Below, piece by piece: positions 36,542 through 49,254 of a DNA stretch of 60,000 bases (position 1 is its first letter; every line of letters begins with the position of its first letter). The notes beneath the pieces were generated by a model. The model was given only the letters and a program-made list of their open reading frames with translations, was not told the DNA's origin and did not search any database. Position numbers and translations under genes: made by a program. The stretch is from Lama glama (taxonomy: Eukaryota). Where the stretch lies: contig CM052817.1 in NCBI GenBank assembly GCA_028534125.1, positions 1,800,001 to 1,860,000 of the forward strand. Reading direction: 5' to 3'.

Positions 36542-37595
36542 TGAGTTGTACGCCCCAGGTTATTGCTGTTATTTACATCTTGGCTCAGATGTCGTTTCTT
36601 TAAAGATTTTCGCTGTCTACTCTGTCCAGGTATAGTCGAGGTTGTCCTGTTACTTTTCTTCCGTAGCACCCGTTGCTCTCAGAGAGACCCTCGCACACTT
36701 ATCAGCGTGCTTGTCATTTCCTGGCCCAGCCTCCCTGGAGAGACTACAGACAGCGGGGTCTTCCCTGTCTGGGCCCTGCTGCAGCCCAGCGCTGATAATG
36801 GGGTCTGCGTGCGGTAGTTGCTGAAAAGATCCTTGTCAAATGGTTGAAGGCTGAGCACCAGGCTCGTTGTTGCTTATTGTAGGAATTATGGAAAAACACG
36901 CTTTTGTCTGTTACACAGGTTAAAAGTATGGATGTTCAGCTGTTACTGAAGTTTTGATTGAATGAAAAAAGTTGTATCTTAATGGACTGGAAAACAAAAG
37001 AAGGACCACAGTTTTCAGCCACTTCCTTCAGTCCTTCACCAGCAAGACAGTCCGATGTCCTTGGACACTTGGCTTTACCTGCTGAGGGGCTGGTGGAGTG
37101 GCAGGAACCCTCTTTTAATACGAAAAATGGTTTATTTCACTGACCCTGAGTGTAGTAGGAATCTTATGTGATTGTAGGGGTACAGCCACTAAGGAAATGT
37201 CTTCCTGTGTAACCTTTTTCTTTTATTGTCCTTATTTTGAGAAATCGGTTGTATTTCTGAAGCCACACGTCCCGGGTTCTCCACCTGGAAGCTGAAGTGC
37301 CCTTAAAGTGTGTGACTGGGTCACGCCATTCCCTTATTTAAGCTCTGCTCGAGTCCCGGAGCTGCTGGGACAGTCGGGCTCCTCACGAGGCCCAGGGAGG
37401 CCTCGCCCCGGGCCGTCACTCCGGGCGCCGCCCAGGCCCACCAGCCTGGCTTCACTTCTTCGCAGAAGCCGGGGGTGGGGGGGTGGTCCTTGGCCTGGTG
37501 TCGCGACTGTTAGTATTTTTTAGACATTTTATTTGTTTTCTTTCCAGCAAGGACGCTTCTGCCTGTAAAAGCTGTTTTTCCCTAACGGGTACTAA

Positions 37596-37946
<351 letters not shown>

Positions 37947-40900
37947 TAAGGCCTTTTCCACTTCTCCGTTTTAATTGCGGGGTGAAGAGTTGAGCAGAGA
38001 GATGGTTTATGGTTTATAAATGCCGAATCATAAGGCGTTTTTCCCGAGCAGATTGGTCACTGGACTGACCCTTAGCCTGGCTGAGGAAGGACGGCTGTCC
38101 CTGGCCCGCAGGCGGGAGGGGAGGACGCTCACGGGTGATGCCTTGTGGGCGCGAGTGCCCTGCAGCCGTCGGGGCCACTTGACTGCCAGCAGCCTTCCAG
38201 CCTGCTTCAGTGTGTGTTTACAATGTCTGGAAATCGTGCCCCTGTCACCTGGTCTGAGGGTTACATACAGATCCTTGATCTCCTCCTTTTCATGGGGTCA
38301 GGCCTGGGCTAATGTTCCTTTTGGTGTTTCCCTCCACATTTCCAAGTAACATGCTTATACTGCTGGTTTTGGATTTTTAAATTTTTCGCTACAGAAAAGG
38401 TGAATGTGTCTCTAAGCCTTCTCCCGTCTTTCTACCACCTTTATATCGATGTGCGTGTGTGCGTTGTGGTGCCTAAGTGAGCAGCCACAGCGAGGTGTGT
38501 CTGTGCTGTGGGCATGTTCCTTCACACAGCTTTCAGGTATTTCTGGAGTCAGTGATTGCCTCTTGTTCTTTTCCTTATTATTCTTTGACGGCTTCCATCT
38601 CTTCGCACCATCCACCGGCACTGTACGTGTGTTGAAGTACAGTGGTGCTCGTGGTGGACAATTTATTGGACCTTCCGTCCTCTGGAGCCCGTCTTGGGCT
38701 CTCCAGCTGCTCCACCCTGGTCCGCGTGCCCCTTGGGTCTGTCGCACGGCTGTGTCTTGGCGCCCCTGTCGGGTGCCTGCCTCCTGGGTGTGCGTCCTCG
38801 TCCCGGGCTTGCTCCTGGGGAGCGGCTTTCTGAGAAGGGACGCATGGGAGGCACGTCGTTTGAGGTTTTGCGTTTGTGGCAGCACCTCGTTCCTCCTCCT
38901 CTCTTGGCTGGGCGCAGGGCGCGAGGGTGGGAACCGTCTTCCCTGGGGAATGTGAAGGCTTTGCGCGAGCTCTGCGCGTGCCCTCCTCTGGAGGGTTTCG
39001 TTGTTCTGTGCAGGGGGGAGCGCTGCGTGCTTGGGAGACCTTGTGATCTGGAACCTTCCGGCCCTCACTCAGGGAAGTGTCCTTATGTCTCTTTCTTTGA
39101 CAGTCCCCACCTTATTTTCTCTGTGCTCTCTTTCTGAAATTGGTTACTTGTGTGTATTTTATCTTCCACTTTATTTCCTTTTTCCTTTTCTTTTTTCTGT
39201 ACTTTCTAGGAGACGTCTACCTCCAGCCCTTCTGTCGAGTTTTTGTTCCTGCCATGTGTTTGTAAGTTCTAAGAACGTGTTCCTGGTTCAGAATGCTCAT
39301 GCTTTCTGACACCTTCTTGTTTCCTGAGTGCACTCTCATCTTTCTGAGTTGCTAATGGCAGTTCTCCTGACAGCCTCCTTTGACCTCCGCATTGTGTGTT
39401 TCTTCTGACCTCCTCGTTCTGTCCCCTGCCCTCCTGTTTTATGTCAACGAGTATCCACACACATGTGAGTAAGACCCTAAAAAGCTTATTGGAAGCAAGT
39501 ATGTGGCAGGGTCCGTCCCCTGGCGGACTTCCCAAGGCAATGGATGGTGAGCCTGCTTTCGGGGGGGGGGGTCTTTAAATGCCAGTGTCAGGAAATCTTG
39601 TCCTCTTGGGCCAGTCATGATCCTGAGAGAAAAATTCCTCCTTCTCCTGCTCAGAGGCAGGGGCCCAGCTGCGTTTGTCCTGGGGCCCTTGGACGGAGGG
39701 GCTAACAGCCTCACTGGTCAGACTTTTTCTCAGTTTCTGTTTTCTGTTATGCCTCGTGTCTGTCCTCAGCTGTGCCAGTGTCTCTGGAGATCCCTGGGCT
39801 CCACTGGAGATGGAGAAGCAAAGGCCACGTGCCCAGCTGCCTGGACAGGAGAGGGGCTGGGCTGAGCAGCTGACAGTCTGCACGGGGAGCCGTTAGACCG
39901 GCAGCTGCCCCGGCCCCACGCCCACCCTACTCGCAGGTGTCTCTGGTGCTCCCAGGCCTGAGCGTGCTTGGAGTTCTGTGCCTTGAGCGAGCTTGCCTTG
40001 GTTGGTGCTTCAGTCCTCCCCAGCTCCCAAAAGGGCTTCTTCCTGGGGACCGAGGGTCAGTCAGTCACCACCTGTTTACTTTCTAGCTTCCAAAATTTGC
40101 TGACTGCTCTAGTCCGCTTTGTCCCTGTTGTGTTCTTTTGTCCTAGTAAGTGTATGCTTTTAAAAACGTATGCGCACGACTCTCATCAGGTGTATGGGTG
40201 GCAGAGGGTCGGTCACATGTCTAATCCAGCGCATTTGGTCAGAAGTCTCCTGACAGGGGCCCTGGTGTCTTCTCATTCTCACTATTACCTGTTAAGTAAA
40301 CTCGAGCCTTTTATTGTACTGACATGCACCGTACATGCAAGACAGCACGCAAGCCCTAAGTGTCCCCCTGCAGCCCCCACCCGGGTCTACAAATACAGTG
40401 TGGCTGGCACCCTGGAGCCGCCTCCATGCTGTCTCCCATCCCTGCTCCCTCCCTCCTCCCCAGAGGTGGTCACTGAGCTGGCTTTTAATGCCAGAGTCTG
40501 TTTAAGTTGTAAGTCTGTAGCGTATTCCTTCTGTCTGGTTTCTTCCCTCAACATCACGTTTCTGTGATTATCCTCCACGGAACTGCGCGCATCAGTATCT
40601 CTCGCTGTGTCTTCGCTGCTCAGCATCCCTGTGCCAGCGTGCCTCAGCGCATCCTTCTGTCACAGCTGGACGTCGGGGCGTTTGTGGTTCCAGCTGCCAC
40701 TGGCGAGGCCCCTGAGCCCGTTCTTGTACGTGTCTTTTGGCCACAAGTACAGCTTCCAGTCATGATGCCTCGAAATGGGGTTATGGGGTTGTGGGGTTGC
40801 GGGGTGTCTGTCTCAACTCCACGGGGGGCTGCCACACGGCCCCTCAGTGGGGCCCCAGCTTACACCTCCAGCGGTGGTGCGTGCGAATTCCGGCGGCTCT

Positions 40901-41854
40901 GCGTCCTCGCTGGGTCCGAACTTAGCTCGTTTTCAGTTTAGCCGTTCTGCTGAGTGTGTTCTGGCCCCACAGTTTGGTTTATTTCCATTTCTGTTCCCTA
41001 AAGGACCCTTGACTCTAAAGTGGAGTGATTTATTTCTGCGTCTTCTTCCCTTTGAAGCACTTTGAGTACATGTCGTGAAAGTGGAGCTGCGTGCCCTGAA
41101 CCTCGTGTGCTCCCCCCCGCCCCCGTGCGGGAGCCCTCTGGCGTGGCCCCTGCCAGCCGCCTTCTGCAGCACATTCTCGGGCTTGTGGGGTGGAGACCCG
41201 AGAAACCTCAGGCTCTCAGACTCAGTTTGTTCTTCTTTCAGACGTTTAGTTCGCCCTAGGCTGACTCTTTATAGAGTCATGTCAAACTTTCATTCTGCTT
41301 GTGAGCTTGGACTAATGTAGGGTGATTCTGTACTTGCTGTTTCAATGATGCACATGTGTGTGTTCTCACTTAAAGACATCCTTTAAGATACTGGTTTCTT
41401 GGAGCTATAAAGTTTGTCAGTGTTAAGTTGAGTGGTTTCTCTGGGTGGTGTCCCCGGGGGTGTCCTGTGGCCGGGGGGCTGTCCCCCCGCTGCTCAGGTT
41501 CCGGATGTCTAATCTGTGAGTCCCCTGGGCGTTGCTGAGCCCCTGAGAACCAGTTTATGTTCACCACTCTGTTAGGGAGGAGCTCGTTTGCAAGTCAGAG
41601 GCCAGTCTGTGACTTTGCTGCTGTCTGCCTGTGATCAGGTCCCCCATGGGGCCCTGGCGGGTCCCTGCCTCGCCCAGCAGTCCTCCACGCACTCCGGCAG
41701 CCACTGGGCCGGTCGTTGCTCCGAGCGTAGTTTGGAACAATGGGGAACAGCCGCCCCGAAGTGGCAGAGCCACCGAGCTCACGCAGCTGGATGGTCACCC
41801 CTCGACAGGCTGTGGGTATTTCTGTGGAGACCTGCCTGGCCGCCGTGAGAGTCA

Positions 41855-41873
41855 CAGCGCCCCCTGCTGGGCC
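41855..41873 (-). promoter_or_regulatory. Candidate CTCF motif in intron 6
   Basis: cagcgccccctgctgggcc is close to the reverse complement of the CTCF core CCA(C/G)(C/T)AG(A/G)GGGCGC. Motif match only. Confidence 0.4.
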
Positions 41874-42366
41874 GGCCCGGGGGCCCAGGACTTGCGCCGG
41901 GTCTTACTCTCTGATTTCTTTTCTTTTCTTTTTTTTTTTTTTACATTTTTTATTGATTCATAATCCTCTGATTTCTTGAGGAAATACCTGAGCAGCACGT
42001 GGCCTCAGCTCAGGCCAGTTGCTTGTGCTCTCCAGACCTGAGAGCGTCTCCTGGTGACTCAGCAGCACATGTCCGACTGTCGTTGGGGCCGGGGCGTTGC
42101 TCTGGGTGGCTCGCACGCTTCTCCTGGGCTTCCTTATCGGTCGATTTTTTGAACTGCGTTTATTTCACACTGTCTCGTTCACTGACCACGTCCCCAGGTA
42201 CTGTGGGTACACCTTTCACTCAGATGCGGAGGATGTAGGTGCTGAGCGAGTCCCCGCTTGCGGTTTAGAACGAACTAAATAGGCTACATGTTTGCAAACT
42301 TCTGTGCAAGATCCCAGATTTGGGGTGCTTCCGTTCAGTTCTAGGAAGGCCGCAAATTGCTTATAA

Positions 42367-42666
<300 letters not shown>

Positions 42667-43190
42667 TGAGTCAGCCGGCGCCTCAGCGTCGGGACGGCCC
42701 CTTTGGCCCTGGCTGCCCGATTGGCGTGAACGAGGTGGGATGAGGCCTCTCCGTGCAGCTGAGCGGATGCAGCGGCCCGGTCCTACCCCACCTCGCAGTA
42801 GAGCTGCGCAGCCCGAGTCGGGACCTGTGGCGAAGGCTCAGGCCCCTGCGAGGGGAGCGGGGAGCACCCCCGCCGTGTGTAGCTCAGCTCTCTCCTGTGC
42901 TGGGGCGGCGGTGGAGCCTAGCGCTGTGGGTGCTGTGGGGCGCTGTGCACAGCAGGTGGCAGGAGCTGCCTCGCCCTTGGGCAGCGGCGCCCGCTGGGAA
43001 GGCTGCCCCTGTCAGTGCTCCCGGGCTGGGCTGCTCGGTGAGACGCGTGGCGGCAGGTGTGCCATCTGTGTCACTCACCGCCCGCCCCACCGTGCGCGTC
43101 TCTGTGGGTCAGACCAACGAGCGAAGCTAGGCAGGAGCCCCCCCCCCCCCGTGCTTCGGATGTCACAGAGTCTTGTCGCTGCTTTTGTAG

Positions 43191-43369
43191 GCTTGCTCGT
43201 TCCTGTTGCGGAGGAGCCCCCCACCCTCCTGACTCTCGGGGTTCTGCTCACACTGAGGTGCTTGGTGCCCTTGCTGCAGCAGCAGGTCAAGGACACGAGC
43301 CTCAAAGGCAGCTTTGGGGTGACCCGGAAAGAAATGGAAGTCTCCCCGTCGGCGGAGCAGCTTGGCCAG
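43191..43369 (+). CDS. HTT: HTT exon 8
   Basis: ttttgtag|[64 protein letters not shown]; |gtaggt; 179 nt. Confidence 0.96.
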
Positions 43370-46300
43370 GTAGGTGCCCTGCACCCTCCTCTAGCGCAGT
43401 AAGTGCTTGTAAGTGCTTGACACTCGGGCCCAGCTCGTTAGGGAGAGAAGAGCAGGGCCGAGGCTTGAGGGCGCGGACTCGAGCTGGCCACCGGGTACAG
43501 GCCCTGCGTCACGACCCCCAGCTGCGCGACCTCTGTATGGTAGTGATGTCAGAGTGAGATGAAGGCAGTCCCCAATAAGGTTACCGGGCGTGTTACTTCT
43601 GTTTCTAAAATAGTGTGCCCCGTTCATTAAATGTTTGCTGAGCACCTACTGTGTGCTGGCACTGGGCACTGAGTGTTTTGGATGTGGTTTCTGCCCCTGG
43701 GAACCTGTGGTCGGGCACACGAGTCTGTGCACCCAGCGGGTGGGGACACAGGTCATAGCTTCTCTGTCTACTGCTGAGAAGTCTCCAGTAATTCTGCTAT
43801 TATGGGACAGGCAGACAACGTCAGTCCTGGGCAGCCCGCTCACCCACGTGGTTCCTTAACCTGGTACCAACACAGCCACATTTTAAGCAATTGGAGTTTG
43901 TGAGTTTTACTTAAAATGTTATGTATTGAGTGTCCTGGGTGCTGTCGAAGCCTCGCCCTTCCTGTGAGCCAGGTGGTCACAGGGTTCCTCAAAGGGCTGG
44001 GGCCCCCAGCCCGGGTCTGTCTGCTCTTAGTGGTCTGTAGTCTGCATTGCAGTTTAATAGGTGTTTGGGTCAGCTGGATTTGTGAGTTTTGTAGGATACA
44101 CAATTGTAAGAATCAAAATGATTCTTGACTAGAAATCATGCGTTAAAGGGAATTCTGATGACTTAAGTGTCAGCTTATGTCACATTTGTGAAGCGCTCAG
44201 CGTCCGTCTCGGCGCGTGGTCTGGCCCCGCGGTGCTGGCTGGTAGTAGATGACTCAGCAGGAGTGGGCTCTGAGAGAACGTCAGGGCCCAGAGATCCGAG
44301 GTGACCAGCTGCCCTCCAGTGACTTACAGGCAGCAAGCAGTGACTGTCGCATGAGACAGGACATTTAATTACACTGCCCTCACGAAAAGTCATCAGTGAG
44401 TGCTTTCGTGAGTGAAAAAGGTTTTCTAGTGGTAATAAATAAGTTTGAAAAGTAGTTTATTTCCTCCTTACCTTGTTTTTTGTTTTGTTGTTTGTTTTTA
44501 TTTTTTATTATGGAGATTTGCAGGCGCAGAAAAAGCAGACAGCGTAGCGTATAGTGAACCCTTTCCAGTAATTATCGCTTACTTCAGTAATTATCAACTC
44601 ATGTTTTACCTAGAATCCCATTTCCTTCTCCCTCTTGTATCATTTTAAAGCAAATTCCAACCACTGTCTTATTTTATCTGCAAGTATTTCATATGTATCC
44701 CTATAGAGGAGGATTCTTTGTTTTTAAAACTTAATGATGGCACCAGTGTGACACCTAAAAATAACATTTTATCACATCAAGTGCCCTCTCATCCACTGCC
44801 GGTCTTTCCTCTGCCCTTTTGGAATCAATACCCACGTAAGACTGCTTAATAAGAATTGTGAATCTCTTTGATCTGATGGTTCCCTTCCGCCTCTGGTTTT
44901 CCCTTAGAGTTCATTTTTTGAAGAAACAGATTGTCCTGTGGAACTCCCAGCAATCTGATTTATTCCCTGATGCTCTGTTGTGTAAATGAACATGTTTCTT
45001 TGTTTTCTGCATTTCCTTAAATTGATAACTGGAGCTTAGAGGCTTGTCAGATTTAGTGCATAGTTTATAATCTACATAATGTATGGTATTTTAAAATAAA
45101 TAAATATTGGGACTGCACACTCAGAGTTTTTTTCTGATGTTTATTAAAAAACAGGGTGCTTAGAAGGTTGGAGACTTTTGGTCTAACTGAAGAAGCAAGC
45201 AATCACTAACTAGCGTGGTAGGGTGTGGGGTGCAGGGCACTGTGGGAGCACGCAGTGGGGGACCCCCTGCATGATCAGGGTCAGGGAGGTGTGCTGGAGA
45301 GGCTCAGTTACGAGCTGGTGCTTTGGGGTGAGTAGGATTTGGCCAGGCACAGGGAGTTGGGAGGAGAGTTTTACGACAGAACTGCACCTTTTGCCAAGTC
45401 CATGGAGTAAGGGGGAGAGCGCGTGTGAGCGAGGGGGAGCCCGGCTTCTCGTAGGTGAGAGGGTGCTGGTGACAGAGGAGGCGGCGCGGGTGCTGAGAAC
45501 TGTGGCGCTAACGGCAGTCACCCTGGAGGGCGGGGTCGAGGGGCGTGGGGTATGTGCTTCACTAATTACCCATGTTCTTAGTAGCTGTTTCTCCAAAGTG
45601 GTTAAATAGCATGGTGCCTTGATGAATTAGCAGGCCAGATAAGATTATCTCTAAAACATACACATTTTCTCTTGACGAATGGCCGTTCTGAATTAAATTA
45701 TTCTGACTAAGAAGCTCAACTAAGCCAGTATGGTTTGGCTAACTATATTTAAATAGAATTTAAAATAATCCTGGGCCTGGCTAAGCAGTTGTGGGCAAAA
45801 TATACATACTCTTTCATATGCAAGAATTTAGTTTGCTTTTCTTATATGCCTTTTGAAAACAGTATTTGAAGATGTATTCCAGCAAAACAAGAAGTAGATA
45901 CACAGAGAAAAGGAATTCCTGAGATGCAAGAAACAAAGCACCTAACCCAGGAGTGTGATAGAAGCAGTCAGTTCCGAGGTGGTGGTGGTGCAGGGCACTG
46001 TTCAGGTTGGAAACAGGCGGTCCACAGAGCTCCAGGGAGCTCCCTGCCACTGACGTTATGATTGAGAGCTGGGAAAAAGGCAAGGCGTGTGTGTGTATTA
46101 ACAAGGAAGGTAAAACCAGGAAGATTTATGAAAGAAAGTTACCCAGTTGTGAAGCAAATTAAAATGAGGAATGATTTTAAGCAGGTAATGGATGGTAATA
46201 ACAGAGAATCCACGTAACTAGCATCCTTGGGATGCTCTCTTCCAGGCCACCCAGGACTAGTAATAGTGAAATAGTTCTTTCTTTCTGGGTCCAATCACAG

Positions 46301-46604
46301 CAACGGACCTTGCGATGAGCGACGTTTGTGCACACATTGACATGGGCTGAGGCACATACCGGTTTTTACTTCAGTTTTTAGGCTCAACTTCTGGGCAGAA
46401 GCAATGATTTTGAAAGTTACAGAGTAGTCTGGAAGTGTTGTAACTAACCATTAATAATGTGAAGGCGGGGGTGTTGCTAACAGAATTTGGGAGGGGCCGT
46501 GGATGAAGGGGGTGTGGGACGCTTGGGCCCTCGTTTTACACATTAGGAGTCACGAGTCTGTTCAAAGTATATGGCTGCAGAAATCAAGATGTAAGCTGCT
46601 GTGT

Positions 46605-46780
46605 AGAGCAGGGGCAGCCGTCTTTCTCTGTAACGAGCCAGCTACTCATCTCCCCTGCTGTAGCAGGGGAGCAGCCACAGACGATACAGGACATGGCCAT
46701 GCTCCAGTAAAACCTGATGTGCACAAGCAGCTGGCGGGCCAGTTTAGTTTGCCTGTGGATTGTAGTTTGCAGACCCGTGA
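46605..46780. mobile_element. MER58A-like hAT element
   Basis: gcagccacagacgatac...tccagtaaaac...gtagtttgcagaccc. Confidence 0.65.
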
Positions 46781-46918
46781 CACAGAGGTACGGAGGTGAC
46801 CCTCAGAAGAACTAAAAACAAACGAGTAAAAGTAGCTACCTTTGAGACTTTTACCTTTCATTTTATATACTTCCATACTTTTTTTTAACGTATCTGTTAC
46901 TTTTATGATATTAAAGGT

Positions 46919-47520
46919 AGGGCTGCCCATTTGGCAAATAAAAATAGAGTCAGTTATTTGAATTTCGGGTAAATCATCAGTCATTTGCCTGAAATTGCAT
47001 GAGACATAGTTTTACTACAGAATTGTTTATCTTTTTTTTTTAATTGGAGCACAGTGAGTTATGATGTGTCAGTTTCTGGTGTACAGCACAATGTCCCAGT
47101 CATGCATATACATACATATATTCATTTTCATGTTTTTTCATTAAAGGTTATTACAAGATACTGAATATAGTTCCCTGTGCTACACAGAAGAAACTTAAAA
47201 AAAAATCTTTTTTTATATATAGGGGCTAACATTTGTAAATCTCAAACCCCCAAATTTATCCCTTTCTCCCCCTTTCCCTGGTAACCGTAAGATTGTTCAC
47301 AGACTGATACATGTTTGCGAGTCTGTTTCTGTTTTGTAGATAAGTTCATAGTGTCTTTTTTTTTAGATTCCACATATGAGCATTACCACATGGTATTTTT
47401 CTTTCTCTTTTTGGCTTGCTTCTCTTAGAATGACAAACTCTAGGTCTATCTGTGTTGCTGCACAAAATAGTTTATCTGAAATTCAAATTTAACTGAGCAC
47501 TCTAGTTTATCTGGCACCTC
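46919..47520. mobile_element. MER53-like palindromic hAT MITE interrupted by an L1
   Basis: Left arm agggctgcccatttggcaaataaaaata...atttgaatttc; right arm tttatctgaaattcaaatttaactg...tttatctggcacc. Confidence 0.75.
47033..47461 (-). mobile_element. 5'-truncated L1 3' end
   Basis: Poly-T plus a 3'UTR homologous to the 22003 element; 16-bp TSD acagaattgtttatct/acaaaatagtttatct. Confidence 0.88.
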
Positions 47521-47961
47521 TGATTAAAGGCAGAAAGAATAAATTCATGATGTTCACATAATGTGATACAGTATTAAAAGCACTGATAACGTTTGATGTA
47601 ATGCCTTTAAAGGCTTTGGAAACCCTTTCTCAGTGGCGCTCAGGACAGTGCTTCTGACTCATTCAGCGTGTGTCTTCATTCTCCGCTCGTCCTGGTTTAG
47701 GGAGATGGAGCTCTTCGTTAGGCTTCTGCTCCTGTGCAAGTGCCCTGTTTATTTTTAAGGACTTAATAAAACCAAGAACAATCATGGGAATTTAGAAAAC
47801 AGCATGGAAGCTGAAGATCACACTGGTGGAACTGATAGAGAGACTTCTAGGGGGGAAATTCGGACACAAGTTTTGCCAGCGTAGGACAAACCGGCAAGAA
47901 ACGTGAAGCCTAGGCCACGCTTTAAAAGCCAGGGGAATGACACTGGTCTTTCTGTTCCCAG

Positions 47962-48166
47962 GTTTACGAGCTGACCTTGCATTACACGCAGCACCAAGAC
48001 CACAACGTTGTGACGAGCGCACTGGAACTCCTGCAGCAGCTCCTCCGAACCCCGCCGCCTGAGCTCCTGCAGGCGCTGACCTCGGCGGGCGGCCTTGGGC
48101 AGCTCACCGCCGCCAAGGACGAGCCCAGCTGTCGGAGCCGCAGTGGGAGCATCGTGGAGCTTCTGG
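47962..48166 (+). CDS. HTT: HTT exon 9
   Basis: ttcccag|[24 protein letters not shown]...[11 protein letters not shown] (Akt-site motif RSRSGS); |gtgagg; 205 nt. Confidence 0.97.
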
Positions 48167-49206
48167 GTGAGGCGTTGTACCCGCCCTGCAGGAACACTGT
48201 CCCCCTGGTGAACTGTGGGCCCCACCGTGCTCAACAGTTTGTGCCCTGATTCCTCCCAGACTTCCGTCCTTGTTCTGAGCGGGGAGCTACGGTGGGAGGG
48301 TTAGGTGGCGCCCTGAGGTCCTCACAGCAAGCCCAGCCTCCTGACTCAGACTCGGCTGCCTCCACGTGGCATTTCATCTGTCACAAAGCGAAAACGTTAG
48401 GGAAAGTATTTTCAGACCCTTGTGTCCCTTTGCCAGAGATGAGATCTTCATGTCTTCCTGGGATTCTGGAATCATTTCCTGCCCTCGGGGTCCTTATTCG
48501 CTGTCCTGCCTGATCCTAGAAAACCCGTCTGCTGCTACTCCCACGGCACCTCCTCTGCCCCGTCTATGCGCTCCCTCCCCTGGCCTGCCCACCCCCGCTG
48601 GACTGCAGCCCCTGGAGCTGGGTCTGGCCTGGAGGAGGCTCCTGTGGCCTCTGCTGAGCCTGCATCGAACCGGGCCCTGCGTGTGGGCGCGGCGTAGCCC
48701 TGATGCACAGCACGGACAGGCCGGGCAGAGTGGGTCTGATGGCTCCCTCGTTGGAACGTATGAGTAGAAAATGGTGTCTGCCTCTTCACTGTCCTTTGTA
48801 CTGGCCAGGCCTGTTCTCTGTGGAGTGCCTGCCTCACAAGTAACTGGAGAAATGCTAACTTCTGATGATTGTTTCTCACGAGAATTTGTTTGATTATCAG
48901 TTGACCAAGTAATGTGAGATTTCTCATGCTTTTAGTTTGTCTTTTTAAATGCACTTTGAGCTCTTTTGACATCTTAAGTCGTAGCTTCGAAACTATGTAT
49001 TTGAGTGTTAGTATAATTTTCATGTTGAAATTAAAATTGTAACTGCAGTTTCCATGTTACAGTGGGGTCGTTGAGCATCACCTGTGGAAACGTGTTCACG
49101 TATTTTCTGGTTTTAAAGTTGAAGCAAGTGTGAAGATTTTCTAATTCCTCCTGGATTTTAGCAGCTGGTTACCTTACTTTCACCTGTCGTCTTCTGTGAT
49201 TTACAG

Positions 49207-49254
49207 CTGGAGGGGGTTCCTCATGCAGCCCTGTCCTTTCAAGAAAACAAAAAG
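49207..49254 (+). CDS. HTT: HTT exon 10
   Basis: ttacag|CTGGAGGGGGTTCC...; GGGSSCSPVLSRKQK; |gtgatt; 48 nt. Confidence 0.96.

Noticed and set aside
43138..43150. C13 homopolymer (similar runs near 9767 and 39561)
   Set aside because: Simple runs with error-prone length and no evidence of function.
44379..44412. 9-bp inverted repeat ctcacgaaa...tttcgtgag
   Set aside because: Short stem with a long loop, plausible by chance in 60 kb.
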